DNA of 53,117 bases, taken from positions 1-53,117 of IMG/VR virus record IMGVR_UViG_3300030110_004955. One strand, 5' to 3'. The DNA comes from a virus. Lineage: Duplodnaviria; Caudoviricetes. Below the pieces are notes generated by a model. That model was given only the letters and a program-made list of their open reading frames with translations, did not search any database and had not been told where the DNA came from. Each line of letters opens with the position of its first letter. The stretch's first letter is position 1. The position numbers and the translations under genes were made by a program. This document shows, piece after piece, positions 42,756 to 51,486 of the stretch.

Positions 42756-43139
42756 TTAGAATGGGATGTCATCGTATGTGGATGACGGGTGGGATTGTGA
42801 CTGTCCGTTCATAGACTCAGCACGGGAGATAAACTCGACGCGGTCAGCAAGAATCTCGCGGGCGGTACGTTCTTGGTTGTCACGCGTCTTGTACTTACGA
42901 GTGCGAAGCTTACCCTCGACGATAACCTTGGAGCCTTTGGTCAGATACTTTCCGCAGGTCTCTGCCTGTTTGCCGAAGACGACAACCTGGTGCCATTCGG
43001 TATGGTCAGTGTATGTGCCGTCGGGTTGGCGGTTCCGTTCGTTGGTAGCGACACTAAGGTTGACTACCTTGGTACCGCTTTTGGTGTCCTTGACCTCGGG
43101 GTTGGCGCCAAGGTTGCCAGATATAAATACTCGGTTCAT
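42756..43139 (-). CDS. ssb: Single-stranded DNA-binding protein
   Basis: MNRVFISGNLGANPE..SVATN..TEWHQVVVFGKQAE..YLTKGSKVIVEGKLRTR; C-terminal DDIPF. Confidence 0.95.
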   Translation of the reverse strand: MNRVFISGNLGANPEVKDTKSGTKVVNLSVATNERNRQPDGTYTDHTEWHQVVVFGKQAETCGKYLTKGSKVIVEGKLRTRKYKTRDNQERTAREILADRVEFISRAESMNGQSQSHPSSTYDDIPF

Positions 43140-43141
43140 GA

Positions 43142-43588
43142 TTATTCCTCGTTGGTTGGGGTGATCATACTGTTGTCACAAATGTAACGGAGTTCGTAGA
43201 GTCTGCGTTCAGATGTACGCATGAAGTTGTTGTCGGTATCAAGGCAGTTGAATGATACGGTTTGTTCGGTATCGATAAGTGTTGTAATTGCGTGAACGAT
43301 CGTGTCGATTAACTCGGACGTTCGGGAATCGGTTGGGAGGTTTGCTTCGTCGATGGTCAACACTAAGCCGTTGACATTACTTATCGTAAGACACAGGGAA
43401 GTGTCGGCACCAAGGCGGACAGAATCTGACCAGACAATCCATGGCGCACCGATGATATACTTACGGCCCCAGAGGTAGCCAGCGTAGAGTACCAGGTCCA
43501 TTGCAGTGCCACGCCAATGGGGCCAGTCGTGTATGCGTACGGCCTTTGGGTTGAGCATCGGGGATGCTATGTCAGAGCGTGTTGCCAT
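43142..43588 (-). CDS. Hypothetical protein
   Basis: 148 aa; AGGAG RBS. Confidence 0.6.
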   Translation of the reverse strand: MATRSDIASPMLNPKAVRIHDWPHWRGTAMDLVLYAGYLWGRKYIIGAPWIVWSDSVRLGADTSLCLTISNVNGLVLTIDEANLPTDSRTSELIDTIVHAITTLIDTEQTVSFNCLDTDNNFMRTSERRLYELRYICDNSMITPTNEE

Positions 43589-43596
43589 GGTGTCTC

Positions 43597-43818
43597 CTAA
43601 AAGGGTTTGTCGAAATCGGGTGCGTCATCGGATGCGTAGTTGGATAGGAAGGAGATTGCGTTGCGGGCCCAGGCGACAGCTTCCTCGAATTCTTCTATGG
43701 CGTCGGGACCATCGGCAGGTGTGGGTGCAGATAGAAGTAAGTCCTGGAGGTCAGCCTCGAGAGACTTGATACGTTCGTATGCCTGCTTGGGTGTGATGGT
43801 ATTGGAATCGGTGGACAT
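43597..43818 (-). CDS. Hypothetical helical protein
   Basis: 73 aa; tiled in the operon. Confidence 0.55.
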   Translation of the reverse strand: MSTDSNTITPKQAYERIKSLEADLQDLLLSAPTPADGPDAIEEFEEAVAWARNAISFLSNYASDDAPDFDKPF

Positions 43819-43821
43819 GGT

Positions 43822-43908
43822 TTACTTCATGAATAGGGTTGAGAAACAGAGTAGGTAGATGGCGCCGATGAATACGGCGGACACATTCCATATGAGAGTT
43901 GGGAACAT
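43822..43908 (-). CDS. 28-aa single-TM peptide (not in the ORF track)
   Basis: AGGAG RBS; MFPTLIWNVSAVFIGAIYLLCFSTLFMK fills the intergenic gap exactly. Confidence 0.5.
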   Translation of the reverse strand: MFPTLIWNVSAVFIGAIYLLCFSTLFMK

Positions 43909-43916
43909 AGGTACTC

Positions 43917-44267
43917 CTACCAGTCGGCGGTGTAGAAAAGTTTGTTGCCTTTGCGCAATGAGGCTTTGGCTTTTTTGATGAAGCTTGCAGTCGCCTGGTC
44001 ACTGTGGACTCCGGATGTACCGAAGAAGAAACCCGTGGTGTAAGGCAACTGGTCGTAGACTAATTCGAGGCGAATGATATCGTCCATTGTTAATTCCACA
44101 TCCTTACAGTTCATGCTGGCATCTTCCGGGGGGTTGGTCTTTATACGCCACAGTTGTTCCATCCAACCTTGTAGGTCAGCGTGCTTACGCCAGTAGAACA
44201 GTTCGTCGACTGGTTCATCGGGTGGGTGATTGGGTGGTACTTCGAAAACATATTGGTCAAGTCCCAT
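43917..44267 (-). CDS. Conserved phage protein (MGLDQY...YWRKH family)
   Basis: MGLDQY, YWRKH..LQGWM, LP.T.GFFFG, FY.ADW motifs; AAGGAG RBS. Confidence 0.7.
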   Translation of the reverse strand: MGLDQYVFEVPPNHPPDEPVDELFYWRKHADLQGWMEQLWRIKTNPPEDASMNCKDVELTMDDIIRLELVYDQLPYTTGFFFGTSGVHSDQATASFIKKAKASLRKGNKLFYTADW

Positions 44268-44433
44268 GGGTATTCTCCTTAGAACGGGCGATGTCGGTTA
44301 CAGGCGTAGTCGTTGACTGTATTGTCTGACTACGCAGATAGTATTCGTGTTCACGCTCGATCCATTCCTGGTCCATGCGGTCTTGCATGATGGCGTCGGT
44401 GCGTTTGCGGATAGCGTCGAATGGATTGTCCAT
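44257..44433 (-). CDS. Hypothetical 58-aa protein (not in the ORF track)
   Basis: MDNPFDAIRKRTDAIMQ...; GGAGG RBS; fills the gap between neighbours. Confidence 0.5.
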   Translation of the reverse strand: MDNPFDAIRKRTDAIMQDRMDQEWIEREHEYYLRSQTIQSTTTPVTDIARSKENTHGT

Positions 44434-44939
44434 CATTCCTCCTGAGCGAGAGCATGTTGGCTCCAGAAGTTAGAAGCAGCACGAGCATCGCTGGACCATT
44501 GGTCGATGAGGGCAGAAGCTTCGGCGGGTGGTACAGCAGTAAGGTTTATAGGGGGAAGGTCCCACCATTCGCGGGGGCTGGGCGTGTCTGATTGGGTACC
44601 GTATGCAGTGAAGAGCATCAACGAACCGTCTTCTACACGCATACCAATGACAACCATGTTGCGGGCTGGACGCATGGGTGCATCGATTAAGCGGGAGGGT
44701 CCACGGCGTTTGGCACGTTGGACATAGGTGACCTGGTCGTCATCGATAGGTTCATCACCAACGCTCGGGCCGTACAGTGCGGAAGGTAGACTCTCGCATG
44801 TGTCTGGAAGCGACAGGACTTGGATGAGGAAGGAACCATCCCAGTCAGCGAGCGCTGTGTCGATGAATGAAAGGTGGTCAGCGTTGAGGCCGTGGTCATC
44901 GTGAGCGATGACGATTCCGTTTGGTGTTGTAGTTGGCAT
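44433..44939 (-). CDS. Hypothetical protein
   Basis: 168 aa; GAGGT RBS. Confidence 0.65.
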   Translation of the reverse strand: MPTTTPNGIVIAHDDHGLNADHLSFIDTALADWDGSFLIQVLSLPDTCESLPSALYGPSVGDEPIDDDQVTYVQRAKRRGPSRLIDAPMRPARNMVVIGMRVEDGSLMLFTAYGTQSDTPSPREWWDLPPINLTAVPPAEASALIDQWSSDARAASNFWSQHALAQEE

Positions 44940-44958
44940 GAGTTGGTAACCTCTTTGG

Positions 44959-45621
44959 TTATTTGGTTGTGGGTACAGGGCCTGTAGGAAACGCAGGGTA
45001 GTCGCAGTACGTGGAGTCAGGTGCGATCGTCAGGTTGTTGTACACGTATTCGAAGTTGAAGGTAATACAATCACGAGCGCGAGTAACAGTACTTTGCTGT
45101 TCGTGTAGCGGAGTGAAGGACAGGATGAGATCTTCGTACTCGGTCGTTGTGAGTGCGATGATCTTTCTTGTGGCTTCGTCTTCTGCGACGGTAGGGAAGG
45201 ACACTTGGATTTCCATTTTGAGACGTTCGTAACCTGCCAATGTGGTGTCGCAGTACGGATGATGTGTGTCAAACTCAGGGGTCCATACATGAACGAAGAG
45301 ATGTTCACGTAGATCATCGGGGTCGAAGGTAATATCTTCTAAGTGCTCAATGATTCTTTTGAGTTGAGATTTAAGCGACTGTTCAACGGTTTGGGTGACT
45401 GCGTGATTTCGGTTGTCACGCATGTTGCAGCAAGCTGCGAGAACCGGAGTGTACATATCCAGCAGTTTGTTGTTGAGGTCGTTGTACATTGCTTCAACAC
45501 GAGGCTTGAGTTCTTCGTACAGTTTGATTTGATCGCGCTCGCACTGATGTATGATTGTGTTCAGTGCACTATCAAACGGGATCGTTGGTTTGCTATCAGG
45601 TTTGGTTTTGGCTGATGACAT
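44959..45621 (-). CDS. Hypothetical protein, first gene of the early operon
   Basis: AGGAG RBS before MSSAKTKP at 45621. Confidence 0.6.
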   Translation of the reverse strand: MSSAKTKPDSKPTIPFDSALNTIIHQCERDQIKLYEELKPRVEAMYNDLNNKLLDMYTPVLAACCNMRDNRNHAVTQTVEQSLKSQLKRIIEHLEDITFDPDDLREHLFVHVWTPEFDTHHPYCDTTLAGYERLKMEIQVSFPTVAEDEATRKIIALTTTEYEDLILSFTPLHEQQSTVTRARDCITFNFEYVYNNLTIAPDSTYCDYPAFPTGPVPTTK

Positions 45622-45820
45622 GGGTTGACTCCTACTTACAAAGCTATGAAATGTTGGCACCCCCTATAGATGCTGCAACGTCACGGGGATGCCGGTTAAA
45701 TGACGCTGCTCGTTTGTGTTTGGTCAGGCACAAATTACCTGGCGTGATGGGTTCAGTTGGACATACAACGATGTAGACCATCAAGTCTTGGAGACACTAC
45801 GGGTAGTGTGTTGACACTGT

Positions 45821-46139
45821 GTAACCACCAAGATGCAGGTGGTAACGGGATAACCCAGTAACAACCTGACTTATCGAGGTGTAACCCAGTTACCCACTTT
45901 GGTAGAGTATGGATAGGTATACGCGAGCACCGGGCAAAAGGGCTTTAATACATATAAACGAAAGGATACGAGGAAGATTCACTCAGACTTTCTATGTATT
46001 CAATTATGTGGTTACAGTGGTTACACTTGTTTATATATAAGGATGAACCTTGAGTATGGTGTAACCCATGAGTGGTAACGCTTTGGGTAACTGGGTAACC
46101 GGAACAGAGTATAAATGGAAAGTGGAACAGAGTATAAAT
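45821..46139. repeat. Iteron-like cluster, candidate replication origin
   Basis: 11 GTAAC/GTTAC copies in both orientations around an AT-rich core; a 15-bp inverted repeat (45881-45895 / 46085-46099, 1 mismatch); a 16-bp direct repeat GGAACAGAGTATAAAT (46101, 46124). Confidence 0.55.
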
Positions 46140-46279
46140 CTTTCCTGGTACCGCAGTCGAAAGTGCTCTTGCCTTACTCGACCACGCTGGAAGTGGGAGT
46201 GTATAGACTTTAAGAAAAGTTCTAAAGTGTCGACCAATGGAATAAAAGTATGTCGAAGACATTCCTTTTCACGGAGAAG

Positions 46280-46313
46280 AAAAAAGCCCCGAGTCACCGA
46301 AGTGACCCGAGGC
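46280..46313 (-). terminator. Strong Rho-independent terminator with UUCG tetraloop
   Basis: Minus strand reads GCCTCGGGTCAC-TTCG-GTGACTCGGGGC-TTTTTT. Confidence 0.85.
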
Positions 46314-46337
46314 AGAATAACGAGAGAAGCTTAGAGC

Positions 46338-47129
46338 CTACTCTCCGATTAAGTTACTCAACTTTTCGCGGACTTCGCGATTGTACTCCCTGGCTGTGGC
46401 ACGCTGCGCATCATCTGGATGGATCGTGTCATCAGGACCGTAAGACTCATCGACTTCGTCGACGGGACGAGCCCGGAAGCGAAGACCGAAAGCGTTGAAG
46501 TCTTCGGCGTCGTACGCCTTCTCCTGTACAGAGAATTCGTAGAAGTTGTAAGCAAACTGGGCTTGCTCTTTGGGCCAGTTGAACAAGAACGTCTTGCCAG
46601 TCTGCTCGTTGACACCTTCGTCGCGCCAGCAAGAGAACGTCTCAACGTGGCGAAGGACTCGATTGAGTGCCTTCAGACGCCGCATGTGTTGATGTTCGCT
46701 GAGTTGCTGAGGTTGCCGAGTCTTGACATCAAGCCCTTCGAGTCCCTTAATGACACGCTTAACAATCATGAGGAACGCGTCGAAGGAGACCAGAATGGCC
46801 AAGTGAGTCTCACCTTGGTACTCTTCACCAGAGGACAAGAAGTCATCAAGGTCAAAGTCCTGAGCCATGTCTACTTTCGGCGCATACATGAGTCGCAGAG
46901 CGTCGAAGGGTCTGACGTCGCCATTCTTATCAGGGTTAAGACGAGGACCGTACTTAGCTGACGCACCCTTCACCATAAGCTCAACCTTTGCTCGGTTGGC
47001 GGGAGTATCAGTGAGGTTACGCCAAGGCTCAGCAAGTAGACGCTTAAGGTGACCAGCAGTACGAGTCTGAAGGTCGACGATTCTCTTCTGTGTAGGAGTT
47101 AGCTTCGAGTTAGTTTTTTCAACAGTCAT
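46338..47129 (-). CDS. Hypothetical protein (263 aa), monocistronic
   Basis: Probable start MTVEKTNSK; has its own terminator directly downstream. Confidence 0.65.
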   Translation of the reverse strand: MTVEKTNSKLTPTQKRIVDLQTRTAGHLKRLLAEPWRNLTDTPANRAKVELMVKGASAKYGPRLNPDKNGDVRPFDALRLMYAPKVDMAQDFDLDDFLSSGEEYQGETHLAILVSFDAFLMIVKRVIKGLEGLDVKTRQPQQLSEHQHMRRLKALNRVLRHVETFSCWRDEGVNEQTGKTFLFNWPKEQAQFAYNFYEFSVQEKAYDAEDFNAFGLRFRARPVDEVDESYGPDDTIHPDDAQRATAREYNREVREKLSNLIGE

Positions 47130-47650
47130 TTTTTCACTTCCGTTATTGGTTATGACAGATTTACAAGGATGAACACCATGTTCACCCAACAAGAGAAAAG
47201 AAAACAAACAAACAAATAAACATAAACAAATAAAGTATTATGAAACTCATTTGATAATCTCCTTGTCTCACTTGCTGGACATGGAGATTATTGAGGGTGA
47301 TAGGGATTTAGTAGTAGTAGTTAAAACATTGGGTATGAAGCAAAAGCGTCGGCCCGCTCAGGGTCGACATCCAAGCAGCGTAGCGATTGCGGCCAATGTT
47401 TTAGCTGCACCCTTCCTGAAAAGGGGTCCATTATGATTATATTTTTGGCATCAAAATATAATCTAGGTCATGGCCATGGAACATGGACAAGCGGCGCGGT
47501 GACCGAAACAAGGAGTAGTTATTAAGATTAAATAACTTGTTAGTTAATGTTAATAAATGCGACCAAGAAGCCCCCTTTTCCACTGGCCCATAGGCATAGT
47601 CGGCAAGGTCAGCGGGACATTCGGTGAGTGGAGAATCGCTGTGAACATGG

Positions 47651-47837
47651 ATCACGTATCGTGATTCTGCGATTATACACCTTGGCCCGAAGGGATCACC
47701 GGAAAGGAGTCGCACTTTACCTTAGAATAAAAACAAGAAGTAAAGTCCGGTCGACCATAAGACAGAGATCAAAGCGAGCGAAGCTTACCGCTTTGATAAG
47801 TCCGTTCGTTCGCTACCGGCAATCACGTATCGTGATT
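47651..47837. promoter_or_regulatory. Two identical operator-like palindromes ATCACG-TAT-CGTGAT
   Basis: Exact 16-bp ATCACGTATCGTGATT at 47651 and 47822 within a non-coding region. Confidence 0.5.
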
Positions 47838-48230
47838 GGGGCTGCGGGAGGGCAAGAACCGCGAGGGACGAGTGGAAGATTGACGATCCGCCAACGACTA
47901 TCCAATCCAATCCACCAATCCACCCACCAAGATCAATCCGCCCCCCCGCCGAGAGTAGGAGCGCCAACGTGATCTTACCGGAACGATCCGATCCGCCACC
48001 GGACCTTCTGTAGTATCTGTGATGTATATTGTCTCGCCGGACGAATACCCCAAGGGGGGGAGGCATACCCCTTTTACCGTAGTACCTCCCCTAATGCCGA
48101 GGACCCTTTCCCCGACCGGACATGTTTTCAAAACGCTTTACCGCTGTGGTATTCCTTTCTTGCTCCAAAACGCGTTACATGGTACGTTCCTGTGGTACTC
48201 AACTACGGAACCACTATGACAAGAGGCAAA

Positions 48231-48824
48231 ATGAACCCTATAAAGCTTACACTTGAAGAAGAGATGCTTAGTCGGTTGGACAATTTGGTCCCGATGGTCG
48301 GTGATTCGGCTGCAGCGAGGGAGTTTGGCATCAAAGTTGACCGCCATGTGGTCGCCAGGGTTGCACTTTTGCGCGGCTTGACTGCTATGGAGGCCGCAAT
48401 TCCCGCCGAGAAGCCGGAATCTGTGCCCGATTCGGTGGTTGCGCCCCCTCCGCCACTGACTTTGCCCGCTATTCCCGAGGAATCGCCGCCTTCAAAAGCC
48501 GATACGCCCGATTCTGGGGTGGCTGAAGACGTTGACGTAGGCGAAGATGGCCTGATTGTCCCTCCAGAGGGCTGGCACGCGTGGTCTTTGTCGGAAAAGG
48601 TGCCTATGGCGCACGAAAAGGTGGATGCTCACTACAAATCGGGGGGTTGGCGGCGTTATTGGGGCCATGCGGGGGAAGAAGTCATCGCATTTTACTGGAG
48701 CCCCGAAGAATCCTTGCAGGATTACCCCTCATACAAGCAATCTGACCATAATGGGCAGACAATTAAAGTACAATCCACGCCATATGGGCCTGGTCACATC
48801 ATTCCCCACGGATGGTCCGAATGA
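48231..48824 (+). CDS. Hypothetical protein with possible N-terminal ribbon-helix-helix
   Basis: IKLTLEEEMLSRLDNL...DRHVVARVALLRGL, a Pro-rich linker and a Trp-rich C-terminal domain. Confidence 0.55.
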   Translation: MNPIKLTLEEEMLSRLDNLVPMVGDSAAAREFGIKVDRHVVARVALLRGLTAMEAAIPAEKPESVPDSVVAPPPPLTLPAIPEESPPSKADTPDSGVAEDVDVGEDGLIVPPEGWHAWSLSEKVPMAHEKVDAHYKSGGWRRYWGHAGEEVIAFYWSPEESLQDYPSYKQSDHNGQTIKVQSTPYGPGHIIPHGWSE

Positions 48825-49333
48825 AAATCGATATTGCTAAACCAGACGAGATTATCTCAGTTTTGGAAGAATGTAACCCCGAAGCAATCATGTATGATGA
48901 TTTAGACGACGCTCTTGTGGGTATAATTTCGCGTGCAGGCACTGAGCCTTTGGCGCTTTACGACCGTAATAAGATATTAGAGATATTTATCGCTGACGGT
49001 TTGACGCATGAGCAGGCTGAAGAGCACGTTTGTTTTAATGTTGAGGGTTGCTGGGCGGGGCCCCACACACCTTTCCTGGTTTCATTCAACCTTGACCCGA
49101 TAGGAATCCGCTATCCCGTAGAAGACCTGGGTGTCGTTACAAGCGACAGCGCTGAGGCGGAAATATTCTTTGGCACTCAAGTCGGCGGGGATATTCCTGT
49201 TGATTCTGCAGATATTGGGTCTGACCTCGTAGATGTCGCATCCGAAGCCGGGGGTCCCGTCGGGTCTAGTGATGGAGATGAGGTGTCCGCAGGAGCCGTC
49301 GTCGTTGATCGGGACGTTAAATCCAACGTCTAA
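48821..49333 (+). CDS. Conserved phage protein (D.LDDALVG..YD..K..EQAEE..FN..G.W.G..TP family)
   Basis: Recognisable N-terminal ~88 aa; ATGA-coupled. The acidic tail overlaps an antisense gene. Confidence 0.65.
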   Translation: MKIDIAKPDEIISVLEECNPEAIMYDDLDDALVGIISRAGTEPLALYDRNKILEIFIADGLTHEQAEEHVCFNVEGCWAGPHTPFLVSFNLDPIGIRYPVEDLGVVTSDSAEAEIFFGTQVGGDIPVDSADIGSDLVDVASEAGGPVGSSDGDEVSAGAVVVDRDVKSNV

Positions 49334-49426
49334 GTCATTTTCTTCGCAGATTTGTTTGAAGTTTCCCGCTAATCTGCAGCACGCGCCACACATTGTACAG
49401 GGAAACTTTTCATTGGAGATACTCAT
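49082..49426 (-). CDS. YkgJ-family CxxCxxCC cysteine-cluster (Zn/Fe-chelating) protein
   Basis: FPCTMCGACCR...DGSCGHL...CDIYEVRPNICR is the canonical motif set. Confidence 0.75.
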   Translation of the reverse strand: MSISNEKFPCTMCGACCRLAGNFKQICEENDLDVGFNVPINDDGSCGHLISITRPDGTPGFGCDIYEVRPNICRINRNIPADLSAKEYFRLSAVACNDTQVFYGIADSYRVKVE

Positions 49427-49427
49427 T

Positions 49428-49613
49428 ATGCCCCTCTATGTTTTCGAGTGTAACGCTTGTGGTCGGATTTTGGAAACTTTGCAGAGTTTTGCTGCTCCTT
49501 GGCCTGATTGTCAGAAGTGCGACAAGCAGATGAAGAAAAAGCCAGCTTTAACCAGCTTTAAGCTTGAGGGAGAAGGTTGGGCTCGAGACAATTATGGTTT
49601 GAAAAGCTCTTAG
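49428..49613 (+). CDS. FmdB-family zinc-ribbon protein
   Basis: MPLYVFECNACG..E.LQ....CQKC...MKK...FKLEGEGW; GGAG RBS. Confidence 0.8.
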   Translation: MPLYVFECNACGRILETLQSFAAPWPDCQKCDKQMKKKPALTSFKLEGEGWARDNYGLKSS

Positions 49614-49925
49614 TTATCGCATTGCTTCTATGCGGAATTTGAGCATTTCGTTCTCTTGTTTGAGGAATTTCACTTCTACTTTGAGTGCAGCCAACTCAGA
49701 CATCATGTCGATAATTTGTTCGAGGTGTTCGTCGCGTTCTTGCTCCAAGCGCTCGACTCTTTTGATGAGATCGTCTCTGTATAGAGTTTGTTCCGCCCTT
49801 TCTTCTTGTTGTGCTTCTCTTTTTTGCTTCAGAATAAACTCATAAAACTTAAACGCACCAGCACTGAACACGCCTGTAACGGCGGCAACGATCGCAGCGG
49901 TAGTAGTTGGTGACGGTTTATCCAC
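49614..49925 (-). CDS. TM plus coiled-coil protein
   Basis: N-terminal hydrophobic helix and long heptad region. Confidence 0.6.
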   Translation of the reverse strand: MDKPSPTTTAAIVAAVTGVFSAGAFKFYEFILKQKREAQQEERAEQTLYRDDLIKRVERLEQERDEHLEQIIDMMSELAALKVEVKFLKQENEMLKFRIEAMR

Positions 49926-50337
49926 GGAGGTCCTTATGCACTATTTCCACACGCATTTTAACGTATATCCAAACCCACAGGGTAAAGTATACGCCAGTCA
50001 CAACAAGGCTACGCCCGACGTCGCCTGCGGCGAATTCGGGGTCATTGAGCACACTGATAAGGAATTTAGTTGTCGAAAAGACGTAGAGCAGCAAGTACGT
50101 ACCGACAAATCTGGAGCAGGATCGGATGTTGGGCAAACTGAACAACATGCCCAGGGCAACCACAAAGTACAGGCAGTATTGAAAGTAGGCCCACTCATTG
50201 CCCCCATCCAGGGCCTCGCCGTAGGACATCCAAAGCACGCGGTTGTTTGCGAGGTCAGCAACGTTCCAGAACAGCAGCAGGGGTCCGTAGTCGTGGTAGA
50301 CCAGGATGTCTCTGTATGCCTTGAAGAATCCTCTCAT
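49918..50337 (-). CDS. Multi-TM membrane protein
   Basis: 139 aa with 3-4 hydrophobic segments; overlaps the downstream gene. Confidence 0.6.
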   Translation of the reverse strand: MRGFFKAYRDILVYHDYGPLLLFWNVADLANNRVLWMSYGEALDGGNEWAYFQYCLYFVVALGMLFSLPNIRSCSRFVGTYLLLYVFSTTKFLISVLNDPEFAAGDVGRSLVVTGVYFTLWVWIYVKMRVEIVHKDLRG

Positions 50338-50371
50338 TGAGTCACCTACCCCATCATAACGCGGAGATAAA

Positions 50372-50863
50372 ATGCCTGATCATTCTTTAGATGACATTGT
50401 TCATTCCATACAATCTGCTGTCGTTGCAGCTACCGATATGGCTGAGCGCCACGAATTAGATTCGATAATGAATCAGGAGTTTTGGGAGTTGAAAGTTGAT
50501 GATGAGGGGAACCCAGTCAAAGACGAGCATGGCAGAGACGTGTATTCTCCTAAGATGGTGACAATGGAAATCCCTATGTGGGAAGATGGTGTCCTAACAA
50601 AAAAGAATATTCCTGTGCCATTACAATCACTTACGACTGGTCAGAGTTTACGAGTAGATAAATTAGAAGTAGAAATGTCTGTTGAGATTTCCGGCTTGGA
50701 GTCGGGTAAGAAAAAAGGAAAGCTAATGGTACGGCCTTGTCCGACTACTTCTTGGTTTCAAAAAGAGAGTAATACTGCTAAACTAAAGCTGGTTTTCAAG
50801 GGCAGCGAGCCCCCTGAAGGTTATGCAAGAATCGATGATCAATTAATTAAACTACTTCCGTAG
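50372..50863 (+). CDS. DUF2589-family protein
   Basis: LDDIVHSIQSAV..A; VPLQSL....L.V..LEVEM; C-terminal PPEG motif. Confidence 0.65.
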   Translation: MPDHSLDDIVHSIQSAVVAATDMAERHELDSIMNQEFWELKVDDEGNPVKDEHGRDVYSPKMVTMEIPMWEDGVLTKKNIPVPLQSLTTGQSLRVDKLEVEMSVEISGLESGKKKGKLMVRPCPTTSWFQKESNTAKLKLVFKGSEPPEGYARIDDQLIKLLP

Positions 50864-50872
50864 GAGGCCCCA

Positions 50873-51478
50873 GTGCCAGATCAACTCGTAAACATGTCAT
50901 CCCAGTTTGGTGGTCTTCCCATGGATCAGCTTATTGGTGGTCCTCTCAAGGCTGCTTGCTCAGCACAAACGCTGCTTGCTAAGGCATCTACGGATTTCAT
51001 TAAGGATGTAGGTCTCGATACAACAGGCACAACTGGGGCGATGTCTGCTCGCACGGTGGACTTTAGTTTCAACAAACCTGTTCAGGGTGCTGATGGTACC
51101 ACTACGATGGAAAAGGTGGATCTGCAGGTCCCGCTTCTTGCGATTGTCAACACACCATCGCTGTCGGTAAAAGAGGTTGATGTTAATTTCACGATGGAAG
51201 TGAAGTCTTCTACGTCGAGTAAGACCACTTCTGACACCAAGGCAGAGCTTACGGCACACGCTAAGTACAATGCGGGGCTATTTAGTTGTGATGTCACTAT
51301 TCACGGTTCTGTGGCCAACCACAGCGAGAATAGCCGTAAGAGCGACAACAGCGCCAAGTATGACGTGAAGGTGATTGCACGTGATGATGGTCCACCCGAA
51401 GGGCTTATGAAGGTTCTGGATATGCTTAACGATGCGATTGCGCCGACTCAGGGTGTACCTGCTCCAGCCAAGAAGTAG
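50873..51478 (+). CDS. DUF2589-family protein
   Basis: FGGLPMDQLIGGPLKAA..AQ..LA..T.DFI..VG; VPLLAIVNTPSL.V.EV.V.F.MEVK; SDNSAKY.V.V.A...PPEGL.KVLD. Confidence 0.8.
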   Translation: MPDQLVNMSSQFGGLPMDQLIGGPLKAACSAQTLLAKASTDFIKDVGLDTTGTTGAMSARTVDFSFNKPVQGADGTTTMEKVDLQVPLLAIVNTPSLSVKEVDVNFTMEVKSSTSSKTTSDTKAELTAHAKYNAGLFSCDVTIHGSVANHSENSRKSDNSAKYDVKVIARDDGPPEGLMKVLDMLNDAIAPTQGVPAPAKK

Positions 51479-51486
51479 TTTTTATT

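Noticed and set aside
45945-46334. Short ORFs across the iteron region
   Set aside because: Mutually overlapping, no RBS, atypical composition; the region is better explained as non-coding.
47901-47930. TCCAA/TCCAC run as a fifth pentamer array
   Set aside because: Only 3-4 units, phase is lost, there is no YGCAT end motif, and it is on the opposite strand sense.
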